Under the pieces are notes generated by a model. The model did no database searches, was not told where the DNA came from, and was given only the letters and a program-made list of their open reading frames with translations. 64,000 nt of DNA, taken from positions 1,736,001 through 1,800,000 of the forward strand of contig AP024664.1 in the NCBI GenBank assembly GCA_024346625.1, given 5' to 3'. Origin of the DNA: Williopsis jadinii. Taxonomy: Eukaryota. Position 1 is the first letter of the stretch, and the number at the start of each line of letters is the position of its first letter. Both the position numbers and the translations under genes were made by a program. This document shows positions 21,305-32,335 of this stretch, one piece after another.

Positions 21305-24300
21305 CTACTCAAACCGAACTCTCTTGATATTCCCTAGATGTTCGACTTTTTCACCGTGATTATCATCGAATTGTAACCTTCTAATCACTTTAGCATTGCC
21401 AGATGCCGTAGCCTCAGTACTATGCAATGGAGGTTGGTGTTTAACCCCCAAGGATACCTTCGTCTGGGCTTCTCTGTTAAACACAGGGACATTCCATTCA
21501 ACTATCCCATTGTTCAAACGTGCCGTGGGACTTAAAAGATGATCCGAAATAGTTTCGTTAGGGTTGTAGTCCTCATTAATAACCACAGACTTTGAGCTAA
21601 ACTTGCAATATGGAGCGATATCTTTACTCAAGTTCAAGAAATCAAACCTAGATATGAACCTTCGGATAACATCATCATCGGCAACCACTTGTGTAGAGTC
21701 CTCATGTCGAGATCGCAGCTTAAACATTTCCTCCTCCAAAGACCCTTTCAAGATTAACGTTTCAACATGAACAGGTTGTGTCTGCCCTATTCTGTGAGCT
21801 CTTTTGATCGCCTGTGCTTCAACAGAGCGACTCCAAACTGGATTTATAAAATAGGCTCTAGTAGCACATGTAATTGTGAGACCATGTGATGCTAGCTTTA
21901 AGTCCATAAGTAGAACATGAGCTGTGGTAGCCTGGGTAAAGAAATCAATCTTTGAAGGTCTATCCTTCTTGGGCACTGAAGTTGCATAAAGGGTGTAATC
22001 AATGCCTAAGATATCCAAAGCTTCTGAAAGATAGTAGGCACTATCTTCAAATTCGAAAAACACAATGCTCTTGATACCTGTACATTGGTGTTCAAGTAAA
22101 CGGGAGACCAGATATGAGAGCTTTGCAGAGGATGAACCGAGAAGACACGCATTCTTTGTAGATTGGAAGCTTGACGTAGGATCAGTTATGGCTTCTTTAT
22201 CCTGGTTAATTCGTCCAGTGCTACCCTTTAAAATTTCAACGTCATCGTAAATCTTTTTGGAAGACGGCGACGTCTTTGAAGATGCTTTCACCTGTAGAAC
22301 AATCTCTCTATCAACAGCGTTTGTATCAATAGGTTGGCCACCATTCTTTTTCACACGTTGTATATTCTTCCTAACAACATTTCTCCAGTAACTATTCCAG
22401 AATTCCTCACTAAACGCTTTGACTTTGTCATCAACATTCCCTTCATAATTCATGAATCGATGTTTGAAGTAAAACCTTTGCATCGCATAGATCTGTGGTG
22501 CTCCAAGAGCCACAACATCGTGATCATAATGTCCAATACTGAAATATTCTGCAAACAAATCATTTAGACCCCCAATATAATATCCCATTTCGTGTATTGT
22601 CGAAGCTGTTCTCCAAATTGTGTCAGACAACGCTCGCTGGCACGTTTTAATGGACATTTGTAACAGTCTAATATCGTTTTCATTATAATATGTTCTTCCT
22701 TCTGAGTTCTTCTTCTCAAGACAGCTATGGGAGATTTTCACCATTGTTTCTAAGTCATCAACAGAGAAGCCAGTCCAGTAGAACGTTGCCCTTTGAAGGT
22801 TCGTGACCAAACGTCTGAGATCATTCTTACTGGAAGGGTGGAACATGTAATCTTGATCTTCCCTTTCAGAACTCACGACATTTATTGCCAAAACTGCAGT
22901 GAACAGATTGATGGAGAGCTTGTTATGCGTTGAAGGAGTCAAAAATACAGGCTCATGGAATAGTGGTGGAAGGGTCACATCATTTTCAATCTGCTCTGGG
23001 GAATGACGGACAACAAGGTTATCAATGAGCGAGCGGAGAGCAAGAGTTGCACCACAACTATCTTTAATGAAGGGATCAATAATCGATTTACGCCAGAGTT
23101 GACGGTTTGATTTCCAGGGCTCAATTCGAAAGAAGTTTCCAACCATGTATCCAAATCTTTTGAGATCATCTTTAGCATCAAAGGTTCGCTTGACCACATA
23201 GCTTTCAGCATTCACTTCACTATTTTCATTCATGTAAAGTGTTGTCATACCAGCAGTTGGAGTTCCCGTAACTGCCCACTGTCTTTCAACTAAAAGGTCG
23301 CAAGAGAACTCAACTACTCTAGTGGACCGTTGATTCATGCTGTGTCCTTCATCAATTATCAGTCTTTTCCAACATACTTTCCTCAGAGGTGAGTCTGGAT
23401 TTTGAGATTCTGATGCAAATGAGGATGTGGTGAACAAGATGATGTCGTACTGAATAAGCTGTCTGGCAGGAGGCAAATGAGACTCGATTGATGGATTTTC
23501 AAGGACAGATATTGTTCCCTTTTTAACATGTTTGTTTATCTCACCAACCCATTGAGGGAATAAATTATCAGGACAGACAATAACAGTAGTCGGTGATAGC
23601 CAATACTTCATTTCTTGGATCATTGGTCTTTTCCTCGTAGAGAACTTCTTTGTCAGGCTGTCCTGCTTTCTGATATAGAAATAACCAGGGCTTTCTCTCA
23701 ACCTTTTAAGACACGATTCAGATAAGGTGTTTGCATATTCTCTCCAAGGAATTGACTTCCTATTGATGTATCTCACACATTGTTCTGCTAACGACAAAAC
23801 ATGGTAGTCTCTTGATGCTTTGACTAGATGACTATCTGGTGGAACGGATGTTTCAGCTCTCGTCAAAGCTATGAGGGCTAAGCATATGAGTGTTTTGCCC
23901 AATCCCATATTTTCTGCAAGTATTCCACCTCTTGGAGATCTGTAGACCTCAGAGGTCCTTGAGAAAGTGAGAGAGCAAGTATCAAAGGTTGAGATATGAC
24001 CTTTCAACCTCAGTATATGTGGCATATCACTATACCGACTATCGGATTCGTTGATATACATCTTCGCCACGGATTCGATTTGATAGTTATAGAGCTTGTT
24101 CTTCAAAGAATCAATGTTTTGTGCCTTGGTGAATAGATCATCAGTGCGATCTACTTTAAAGGATAAAGAGTTGTAGACATCAGACAGTCTAGTCTGCGGA
24201 TCACAGTTGGCTCTTTCTGGGAAAGAATAACTTCGCCTTTCCACCAGCCTAGAAAGGTGGAAACTAAGGGAGTCATCCACATAGAATACTGTTCCAATGG

Positions 24301-24838
24301 CTTTGAAATCAAATTCCTTGAAGCTTTGCAATGCAGAGAATATCATCTTTGGTGAAGAAGTTAAAAATCCATCCCAGCTGTCTTGCGAATAATCCAGCAC
24401 AGTGATCAGGTTCTTCATTATTCTCAAATACCGTTCAGAATGCCATGACAGAGATCTCTTATACTGTAACGATGATCTATAACTTTGGAGGAATCTGTTT
24501 CCATCAATATCAGTGGGCACAGCATACAGTCTCAACATGACAATATCATGATTACCAACTCTGTGAACTTTATAAGTGGCCCTCAGGTAAATTCGTTCAA
24601 CCAAGTAGATTATATCGAGCAGGATGCCACTCAAACAGTATTGACCTTCATCCAGCAGTGATCGTAGCACCTGTTGAGCCGTTAGACTGGGCGGATCAAA
24701 CCAAAGCCATTGGTCTGGTGCTTCAATACCCGGCATCGGCATCCTTGGAGCATTGCTTAAGAACACCACACCAAAGGGCATTAAATAGGAGAGATCGTTA
24801 GCTATTCTATTCACATGTTTCAATTCAGTCGAAAGCAT
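21305..24838 (-). CDS. SNF2-family (Rad5/Rad16-like) ATPase/helicase
   Basis: 1177 aa; GGILAENMGLGKT, RLIIDEGH, WAVTGTP and QAIKRAHRIGQ motifs. Confidence 0.88.
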   Translation of the reverse strand: MLSTELKHVNRIANDLSYLMPFGVVFLSNAPRMPMPGIEAPDQWLWFDPPSLTAQQVLRSLLDEGQYCLSGILLDIIYLVERIYLRATYKVHRVGNHDIVMLRLYAVPTDIDGNRFLQSYRSSLQYKRSLSWHSERYLRIMKNLITVLDYSQDSWDGFLTSSPKMIFSALQSFKEFDFKAIGTVFYVDDSLSFHLSRLVERRSYSFPERANCDPQTRLSDVYNSLSFKVDRTDDLFTKAQNIDSLKNKLYNYQIESVAKMYINESDSRYSDMPHILRLKGHISTFDTCSLTFSRTSEVYRSPRGGILAENMGLGKTLICLALIALTRAETSVPPDSHLVKASRDYHVLSLAEQCVRYINRKSIPWREYANTLSESCLKRLRESPGYFYIRKQDSLTKKFSTRKRPMIQEMKYWLSPTTVIVCPDNLFPQWVGEINKHVKKGTISVLENPSIESHLPPARQLIQYDIILFTTSSFASESQNPDSPLRKVCWKRLIIDEGHSMNQRSTRVVEFSCDLLVERQWAVTGTPTAGMTTLYMNENSEVNAESYVVKRTFDAKDDLKRFGYMVGNFFRIEPWKSNRQLWRKSIIDPFIKDSCGATLALRSLIDNLVVRHSPEQIENDVTLPPLFHEPVFLTPSTHNKLSINLFTAVLAINVVSSEREDQDYMFHPSSKNDLRRLVTNLQRATFYWTGFSVDDLETMVKISHSCLEKKNSEGRTYYNENDIRLLQMSIKTCQRALSDTIWRTASTIHEMGYYIGGLNDLFAEYFSIGHYDHDVVALGAPQIYAMQRFYFKHRFMNYEGNVDDKVKAFSEEFWNSYWRNVVRKNIQRVKKNGGQPIDTNAVDREIVLQVKASSKTSPSSKKIYDDVEILKGSTGRINQDKEAITDPTSSFQSTKNACLLGSSSAKLSYLVSRLLEHQCTGIKSIVFFEFEDSAYYLSEALDILGIDYTLYATSVPKKDRPSKIDFFTQATTAHVLLMDLKLASHGLTITCATRAYFINPVWSRSVEAQAIKRAHRIGQTQPVHVETLILKGSLEEEMFKLRSRHEDSTQVVADDDVIRRFISRFDFLNLSKDIAPYCKFSSKSVVINEDYNPNETISDHLLSPTARLNNGIVEWNVPVFNREAQTKVSLGVKHQPPLHSTEATASGNAKVIRRLQFDDNHGEKVEHLGNIKRVRFE

Positions 24839-25016
24839 CGTACATTGTGCTCCAAAATCAAACCGCCACAGCTATCCCTTTACCGCCTTGTGCTGATGAT
24901 AGTCGAATGTGGTGGGTGCCCATCGCTACATGTGCGTTTTTTTCTTCCCCCCTGGGGAATATCTACATGACAACTTCATGACAAACAATACATTTAGATA
25001 CACAGATAAAGCCTGT

Positions 25017-27356
25017 CTAAGCTAAATAATCATAGCTCTGATCCTCATTTCTTTGAAGATACTCAGTATCAACCAATTCATCAATACACTTCTTGATGTC
25101 TGCGACCTTGGCACTGAATCTCTGGTGAGACTGTTGAACAACTTCATTAAGTAAAGCAGCATGAGACAAATGCTTTCTGGCCTTCATGATTCTAACAATA
25201 CATGCCTTGAGGTAGTATCTACGATCCTCATTAATCTCACGCTCTGCGTCCTCAACCTCTTGTTTCGACTCCAAGGATCTAACACCTTGGACAAGGTTGA
25301 CCTTGAGTTTCTTAGATTTGAACTCAGTAACAACTGTGAATTTAGTGTCAAGCTGAGAAAGAGCATCCATTCCACCTGGCGATGGTTGTAAAAGTCTGTA
25401 CTTGACCATGGGGACGATTGCATTGGAGATGACAGGCGCATCCAAACCTGTCAGTTTGCAAAGCTCAGAGAGTGTATATGTATCGCTGTCATTGTATGGG
25501 AGGAGGATAGCCATTTGGTACAGGGTACAGCTCAAAGTGAACGGTGCTCTACCAGGTTTCTGCAAGTTTGCCTTAATATCACCACGACTCAAGTTCCACA
25601 GCCATTTGAGGATTCTTCCACTGTGTTGTTGTCCATACAGATCTTGGAATGCGGAGTATGTTGGAACCAAATCAGCGGGAAGTTGGAACTTGTTATTCTT
25701 TGAGAAACTGAAAGGCCACATTGTTTCGGTTAGAACAAAAGGCTCAAAGTCTGCAACTATCGATTTGGAATCTGCTCTCTTTGAAGCCTCATCTTTGAAC
25801 GTTGCCCTTAGTGTATGCGAGGATCTAACATCCTGGAACATCCTGGTGATCTTTGATGTATACTCCATGCTGTTTTCACTCTGTAGTCTTTGGATCACAG
25901 TTTCTTCAGCCTCAGTGGACGATGAGGTTCCATGGATCAATCTCTTAGCCAATAAGCGTCTGTAGTGTGTTTCGAATGCATCCTTGTCGTTGAGGAACTT
26001 GAAGATGACCATAATGTCATCAACACTCATGTCGCTTGTGGCATCGGCATCCTTGTTCTTCTTGAGCAAATTATCACTGTACTTTGCTAACAAGTCAGAC
26101 GTCTTTGAGGTTCCTCTAAAACCTGGTGGCTTAGCAATGGAGTTATTGTTGATGTATTGACGGCAGGCGCTATCCAAGGCCTTGACAAAGATTGGATGGT
26201 TTTGGAAAGCAGTACTAACAATCTGCTGGAATTTCTTATAGACTTGAATAAGTGCTTTGACATACAACTTTGGATCAACTTGTTGCTTTGGCTTCTTTCC
26301 ACCTGTAGCCTCTGCCTTGGAAGCTTCATTCTGAATGTCATTCTTCAAGTTATCAATGGCAGTAATACCTTTAAGATCGATATAAGTTTGGAAGATTTCT
26401 GCTAGTGGGTCCAAGGTCGATGGCACTCTGTTGAACAAGGCAAACATCTTTGCAATATGATCGATCTGATTTTGTTCCAATAAATTGGCAAATTCGTCGT
26501 ACATAACCTGGGAGTGAGCAACTATAAGCACATCGTTCAAAGTATCCGTTAAAGGTTTCTTACTGTGTTCATCTAAGTATAAAGTCTCTCGACTTTCCTC
26601 TTCGTTGATTCTCTGTTCAGCCTTTCTCAAGTAATCCACAACGTTATGGGATGACAAGTACTCAGCAGATTCTGCAGCGTAAAATTGTCTTGTTGACTCC
26701 AAAAAGGGCTTTTCGAAATTATCAATATAAATGTGCAAATTTGGTTTCTTCAAATCTTGAACGTCTATACCAAGTAAGACAAATGATTTAATTGCAGTTG
26801 ACAAAAACTTGGTATCAATGACTTGGTTATCCCTTTGTAACTCGATCTGGGCCAATATCTCCTTCACAAGGTATTCAGCATGTGGGAGAAACATGTAGTC
26901 TCTCCATGTTAATAGTGCCAAGGTATTGACGTCGAAGATATCCCTCCGACCGTCGTTACGTTCCTTTTGAACCCAGTATCTGTTCATGTAGTCGAAGACG
27001 TGGTTAAGATATCCTGCGCCCACGGTATAACGGGTCCATCTCTTGACATAAAACTCCAAGAATGACTCTGGTGGTGTGCGCTGTAACTGTTTCACGTAAA
27101 CAGAGAGGTATTTCTTCAATCTTTCGTAGATCTCAGCGCCCACAAGCAGAGACGACTGTGAGGCGTTGTTCGAGGAGAGGTTGTTTGGAGATCTTGACTT
27201 GTTGACACAGTAGTTGTAGATCGCAGAGTAAACGTTCATGTACATCTGCGGCGTAACACCGACATTGTCTTCAGAGCCACCGATGATTCTCTTGAGCCCT
27301 GGCTCGACAAAGTTCCAAGTGGCGTTCAAGTCGTTTGATTTTGGAAGCTCAGTCAT
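25017..27356 (-). CDS. CDC53: Cullin-1 (SCF scaffold)
   Basis: 779 aa; YMNVYSAIYNYC, YMNRYWV, KDAFETHYRRLLAKRLI and the neddylation-site motif IVRIMKARK. Confidence 0.95.
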   Translation of the reverse strand: MTELPKSNDLNATWNFVEPGLKRIIGGSEDNVGVTPQMYMNVYSAIYNYCVNKSRSPNNLSSNNASQSSLLVGAEIYERLKKYLSVYVKQLQRTPPESFLEFYVKRWTRYTVGAGYLNHVFDYMNRYWVQKERNDGRRDIFDVNTLALLTWRDYMFLPHAEYLVKEILAQIELQRDNQVIDTKFLSTAIKSFVLLGIDVQDLKKPNLHIYIDNFEKPFLESTRQFYAAESAEYLSSHNVVDYLRKAEQRINEEESRETLYLDEHSKKPLTDTLNDVLIVAHSQVMYDEFANLLEQNQIDHIAKMFALFNRVPSTLDPLAEIFQTYIDLKGITAIDNLKNDIQNEASKAEATGGKKPKQQVDPKLYVKALIQVYKKFQQIVSTAFQNHPIFVKALDSACRQYINNNSIAKPPGFRGTSKTSDLLAKYSDNLLKKNKDADATSDMSVDDIMVIFKFLNDKDAFETHYRRLLAKRLIHGTSSSTEAEETVIQRLQSENSMEYTSKITRMFQDVRSSHTLRATFKDEASKRADSKSIVADFEPFVLTETMWPFSFSKNNKFQLPADLVPTYSAFQDLYGQQHSGRILKWLWNLSRGDIKANLQKPGRAPFTLSCTLYQMAILLPYNDSDTYTLSELCKLTGLDAPVISNAIVPMVKYRLLQPSPGGMDALSQLDTKFTVVTEFKSKKLKVNLVQGVRSLESKQEVEDAEREINEDRRYYLKACIVRIMKARKHLSHAALLNEVVQQSHQRFSAKVADIKKCIDELVDTEYLQRNEDQSYDYLA

Positions 27357-27929
27357 CGTTCAATCGAGTTATGGATTCCTGAGTTTAGCTGATGGAATGA
27401 GAGCACTTTAGGTCTGGAAGCCGTCTAGTGAAGCAGACAATATGTGAGAATGTGTATAGGGGCAGCGTTCGTGTGTGGATGTCCTTGTTTGTTCCAATAT
27501 CACCACGCTAACACACTTGTTGGGAGCAAGAATAACACGGCGGAGACACACACAGTAAAGGAAAAGAGAACAGAGAAAGCCGGCGAGAGTCCTGCAGTGT
27601 TTATCTATATAGAATCACGAGGCACACGGCTATGGAGATGCAATCAATTCTGTTCCACGGGTTCCCTCTGGTTGAATGAAGTTGTTGATTCCAACGCTGT
27701 CCTGAACCCGTTTTCCCTCCAGTCCCTCTTGAAAAACCAGAGGAAAACACCACCACATCAGGGAAATCCACAAAAACAAGATTCGAGGGGACGGAGACAC
27801 TGCACGTGAATTGCCACGTGATACACACCCTCGGAGATGTGCGCCTACCGAACCACCGTCCCCTCCGGCCCAGAAGCAGAACCTCCTCCTCCGTTTCAGG
27901 TGAAGCACCCGTTCCCGGCGTGTGTCTTC

Positions 27930-27936
27930 TGACTCA
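27930..27936 (+). promoter_or_regulatory. Gcn4/AP-1 consensus site upstream of homocitrate synthase
   Basis: TGACTCA about 330 bp upstream of the LYS20/21 ATG; paired CACGTG E-boxes nearby at about 27803-27820. Confidence 0.5.
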
Positions 27937-28259
27937 CCAGGCGCTTTGCTATCCCCTTTCCGAAGCCTTCACCTGCGAAATGCCGAAGTACGCCAGTGTC
28001 CGGATCGTTTTCATCGTAGTCTGCATCTGTTCAATTTGGTCATCGATGAGAGGCTGGGGGCAAAAGAATGGAACATCAATCGCTGTTTTCGATGTTTAAG
28101 CGCTTGTCATTTTTTTTCTTCCTTTGCGTATCGAAGAGTCACGGGAATTACTCACTTGATGAGGGAAATTCTTATAAATTAAAAAAAAAACTTTTCATCT
28201 CTCTTTGTACTACTTCCTAGCCATTATTGATAAAACCATTAATCAGCTAGATTGAAAAG

Positions 28260-30057
28260 ATGTGCGGATCTTGTGAAGACGCTAAGGCCAATGCCGGTCT
28301 CCCAGCAAACAAAGGTATGTGGTTGTGATTGTTTTGACGTTTTTACCTCGCCGTCCCCCTTTTCCTCGTTCTTTCCCCTATCATGCTTGCTGTGTATGTG
28401 CCAATGTGGATTTGTTGTCAGCTATGGGCCGTGTTCTTAACTGTGGGCGCTTTCTTGTTTCCGGCTCGTTTGTGCTTGATTGATCACGTGGGTTGTTGAT
28501 TGTGCCGATTCTGAGCCGGAGCGCTCATGTTCTATGGATGAGTAGTGCGCCGATGAGAGGTGCCAGTCAATGATTCCGTGGTGGTGATACTACCCAAGTT
28601 TTTCCGCCTGGGATCTTGATGGTGTGCGTTTTGCCGATGCCGGTGTGCGCTGGATCGGACACATGCTGCGCCATAAAGGTGGTGGAAGGGGTGGTGAAGA
28701 GGAGACAACCCTAGCAAGCGGTGGTTACTAACGCACATCTACAGAGGAAGTTTTCCAGCAAGTGATAGAGGCCAAGAAGAAGGGCGGTCCAATCAACCCA
28801 TACGGCCCAAACCCGGCTGACTACTTGTCTAACGTTTCGAATTTCCAACTTATCGAGTCCACCCTCAGAGAAGGTGAGCAATTCGCCAATGCCTTCTTCA
28901 CCACCGAGAAGAAGATTGAGATCGCCAAGGCTCTTGATGACTTTGGTGTTGACTACATTGAGTTGACCTCCCCAGTTGCCTCTGAGCAATCGAGAGCCGA
29001 TTGTGAGGCCATCTGTAAACTGGGATTGAAAGCAAAGATCCTTACACACATCAGATGTCACATGGATGATGCCAGAGTTGCTGTGGAAACTGGTGTTGAT
29101 GGTGTCGACGTTGTCATCGGTACCTCTCAGTTCCTGAGACAATACTCCCACGGTAAGGACATGAACTACATCGCTAAGTCTGCCATTGAAGTTATTGAAT
29201 TCGTCAAGTCTAAAGGTATCGAAATCAGATTCTCTTCTGAGGACTCTTTCAGATCCGACATTGTCGATCTGCTCAACATTTACAGAACCGTTGACAAGAT
29301 TGGTGTGAACAGAGTTGGTATTGCTGATACCGTCGGTTGTGCTAACCCAAGACAAGTTTACGATTTGGTGCGTACTTTGAAATCCGTCGTGCACTGTGAC
29401 ATTGAAACACATTTCCACAATGATACCGGTTGTGCCATTGCTAACGCTTACACTGCTTTGGAGGCTGGTGCAAGATTGATCGATGTCTCTGTTTTGGGTA
29501 TTGGTGAGAGAAACGGTATCACTCCATTGGGTGGTTTGATGGCTAGAATGATTGCTGCTGATCGTGACTACGTCTTGTCCAAATACAAATTGCACAAATT
29601 GCGTGACTTGGAGAACTTGGTTGCCGATGCCGTTCAAGTGAATATTCCATTCAACAACCCAATCACTGGTTTCTGTGCCTTCACCCACAAGGCTGGTATC
29701 CACGCAAAGGCTATCTTGGCCAACCCATCCACATACGAGATCTTGAACCCATCAGATTTCGGTTTGTCCAGATACATTCACTTTGCCAACAGATTGACTG
29801 GTTGGAACGCTATCAAATCGAGAGTTGACCAACTCAACTTGCACTTGACTGATGACCAATGTAAAGATGTCACTGCTAAGATCAAAAGACTTGGTGACGT
29901 TCGTCAACTAAGTATTGACGATGTGGATTCCATCATTAGAGACTTCCACGCTGAGGTTTCCACCCCACTTGTGAGACCATCTGAAGGCTCTGCTCTTGAA
30001 GAGGATGTTTCCATCAACGAAGGTCCAGAAACTAAGAAGCAAAAAATCGAGAACTAA
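28260..30057 (+). CDS. LYS21: Homocitrate synthase, two exons
   Basis: Exon 1 28260-28314 ([18 protein letters not shown]), phase-1 intron 28315-28744 (GTATGT..TACTAAC..CAG), then [29 protein letters not shown] and HFHNDTG. LYS20 versus LYS21 cannot be distinguished. Confidence 0.93.
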
Positions 30058-30587
30058 TGCTAGCACATGAAGTATAACAGCATATAAACATTTCAAAAGA
30101 CATACAATGACGAAGAAAAGAAAACTTTCTCCCGTGATGTGTTGATCGTTTACAGCGTCTTGTTTTAGAAAGAATTGGTGTCTTGGTTCATGGTTGCAAC
30201 GTTAATACGTGTTTGATTGTTTTTTTTCTCTTTATAAAACTAGTATGTTTTTCTATCAAGTTGATCTTATTTTCTTTTACATAACTTCATACACAACAGT
30301 CCTGGAATCAACAGACTGTATATGATTATGATGTAGTAGTCGACGTTCCCGTGAGCTGATGGTATTTAACCTACGTCTCTAAGAGTTGAATTGATCTTGG
30401 AATTACAGTGACGATGACACAGCAATGTGAGCTTAGGCACAAATGCCATCGATCTGCTATCATAGCAACTGACCTCAACGTGGTGATCCTCATAAACATC
30501 AGCCAGATGAAGTAGATTAAGTGTAAATCCCCATGTTATACTTGCATCACGTGACTTAATCCCAGAAATTGAAAAAAGAAAGCTAAA

Positions 30588-30660
30588 TGCCCCACGTGGG
30601 GCTCGAACCCACAACCGTACGATTAAGAGTCGTAAGCGCTACCGATTGCGCCAGCGAGGC
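30588..30660 (-). tRNA. tRNA-Lys (anticodon CTT)
   Basis: Minus strand GCCTCGCTGGCGCAATCGGTAGCGCTTACGACT-CTT-AATCGTACGGTTGTGGGTTCGAGCCCCACGTGGGGCA. Confidence 0.95.
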
Positions 30661-30838
30661 AATTGCTTGGAAGGTAAAATGCCACTGTTTGTCTGACGAT
30701 AAAGTGCTGATGTAACACTAACCTCATTGCTTACAAATCGCTGTAGATCTATATACTTCTTCCCCAGAGCTGAGATGTACATGGGATGCCCATTATTCCC
30801 CATTGGCACTGCGATAGTGTAGAGCTTGACCGCGGCGA

Positions 30839-32044
30839 ATGACGGAGGAAAAGGTATCCGAGCTTAAGAGACAGTTTCCAGAAGCAGATGAAGCATCATT
30901 GCTCGAGCTACTGGTAGTCTGTGATGGTTCTTTATCATCTGCTGAAAGATTGTTGATGGAGACATTTCCCAAAGGTCCAACTCGGAAGAGATCCAAGGTT
31001 GCTAGACAAGCGAGTATCCAAAGTCTCATGAACAGACCTGTTAGCAAGAAGCTCGTCTCTACAAACACCTCGGGGTCCAATAAGCCTGTGTTGCTGCACA
31101 CCAAAGAGGCCATCGAAACCACTGTTCCATACTCCACGATCCATTATAACTTCCTTCCCAAGGACCTTGCCGACTCCCTGCTACAAACCATCATGGATGA
31201 CACAGCTGACTTCGTGTCCTCCGAGTTTTACCTCTTTGGCAATAGGTGTGTTTCGAAACACGACACCAAGATGTATTCCAGCAAACCCATCGACGGTATC
31301 TTCTACAACGGCGTTGAGACCAAGAACAAGTCGGAGTTCACCGACTATCACGGGATCGCACAGGTCCTGATTGAAGACCAGGTGAACATGGAGATAAACG
31401 AGAGAGACCGGCTGCCATTTCAACACGAGGGCCAGTGGGTTGGCGACCTGGCACTGTGCAATAAGTTCTATACAAAGTCAAACAACCTGGATTGGCATTC
31501 TGATCGCCTAACGTACATTGGGCCTCACTGTACCATTGCTTCTCTATCACTAGGAGCCACAAGGGAGTTCAGGGTGAGGAAGCAGTACTGTTCAGACGAC
31601 ACCGTCTCCAAGTTTAACACCATTTACTCCATTCCTTTGCCACACAACACCCTTCTGATTATGCATGCTGGCTTCCAGGAGGAGTTCAAGCACTGCGTCT
31701 CTTCCACCACAGAGCTCATCCCACACCCAGTCTCCGGCACGCTGAGGGTCAATCTCACCTACAGACACTACCTGCCACGTTACAAAGACCATATCCCCCA
31801 GTGCGAACTGTGTCATCACCCCATGGAGCTCAGACGAGTGTTCAAAGACCCCCGTACAAGGGGAAGATACGTATGGATGTGTAGCCGAGGGTACCAGGGC
31901 AGAGACTGTCCTGTTAAGTTCTACGCTGATTTCAGCGCCGACGACCTCATAGCAAAGGACTTCAACAGTGCATCGCTATGGATCGCACCTGATGACCACG
32001 AGGCTCTACAGGCGTTTAGAGAGTCAATTGGGGTGGTTAATTGA
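30839..32044 (+). CDS. CUE-like + AlkB-type 2OG-Fe(II) dioxygenase + GRF-like zinc-finger protein
   Basis: 401 aa; N-terminal LKRQFPEAD..LLELL (CUE-like), DWHSD...IASLSLGATR...FKHCV...RVNLTYR (HxD..H..R) and C-terminal CELCHHPM..GRYVWMC..C. Confidence 0.85.
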   Translation: MTEEKVSELKRQFPEADEASLLELLVVCDGSLSSAERLLMETFPKGPTRKRSKVARQASIQSLMNRPVSKKLVSTNTSGSNKPVLLHTKEAIETTVPYSTIHYNFLPKDLADSLLQTIMDDTADFVSSEFYLFGNRCVSKHDTKMYSSKPIDGIFYNGVETKNKSEFTDYHGIAQVLIEDQVNMEINERDRLPFQHEGQWVGDLALCNKFYTKSNNLDWHSDRLTYIGPHCTIASLSLGATREFRVRKQYCSDDTVSKFNTIYSIPLPHNTLLIMHAGFQEEFKHCVSSTTELIPHPVSGTLRVNLTYRHYLPRYKDHIPQCELCHHPMELRRVFKDPRTRGRYVWMCSRGYQGRDCPVKFYADFSADDLIAKDFNSASLWIAPDDHEALQAFRESIGVVN

Positions 32045-32098
32045 GACGATTTGCTGGTTGGTGATCTCTGTAGGCAGTGCGTAGGCTGCGTTCCTTCT

Positions 32099-32206
32099 AC
32101 GGCTCCTGCCCACAGGCTCCCGCCCACAGGCTGAGTTCCCGCCCACAGGCTCCCATCCACAGGCTGAGTTCCCTCTACAGGCTCCTGCCTACGGTTCCCG
32201 CCCACC
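32099..32206 (+). repeat. Degenerate minisatellite of (GGCTCC[T/C]GCCCACA)-like units
   Basis: About 7 imperfect 14-19 bp units between the AlkB gene stop and the GAA1 start. Confidence 0.75.
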
Positions 32207-32335
32207 ACCGCGTCCTCGCGCCAGCAGAGAGAAAAAAGAACTCCACCGTAGGCAGAGCCTCCGACGACACAACAACACCACAACACTCGCACAGCAGATC
32301 TACACCCGTTGGCCTGATTGGACAAGCACAGACAC

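Noticed and set aside
28711..29703. 330-aa antisense ORF
   Set aside because: Shadow of the highly codon-biased homocitrate synthase gene, with no recognisable motifs.
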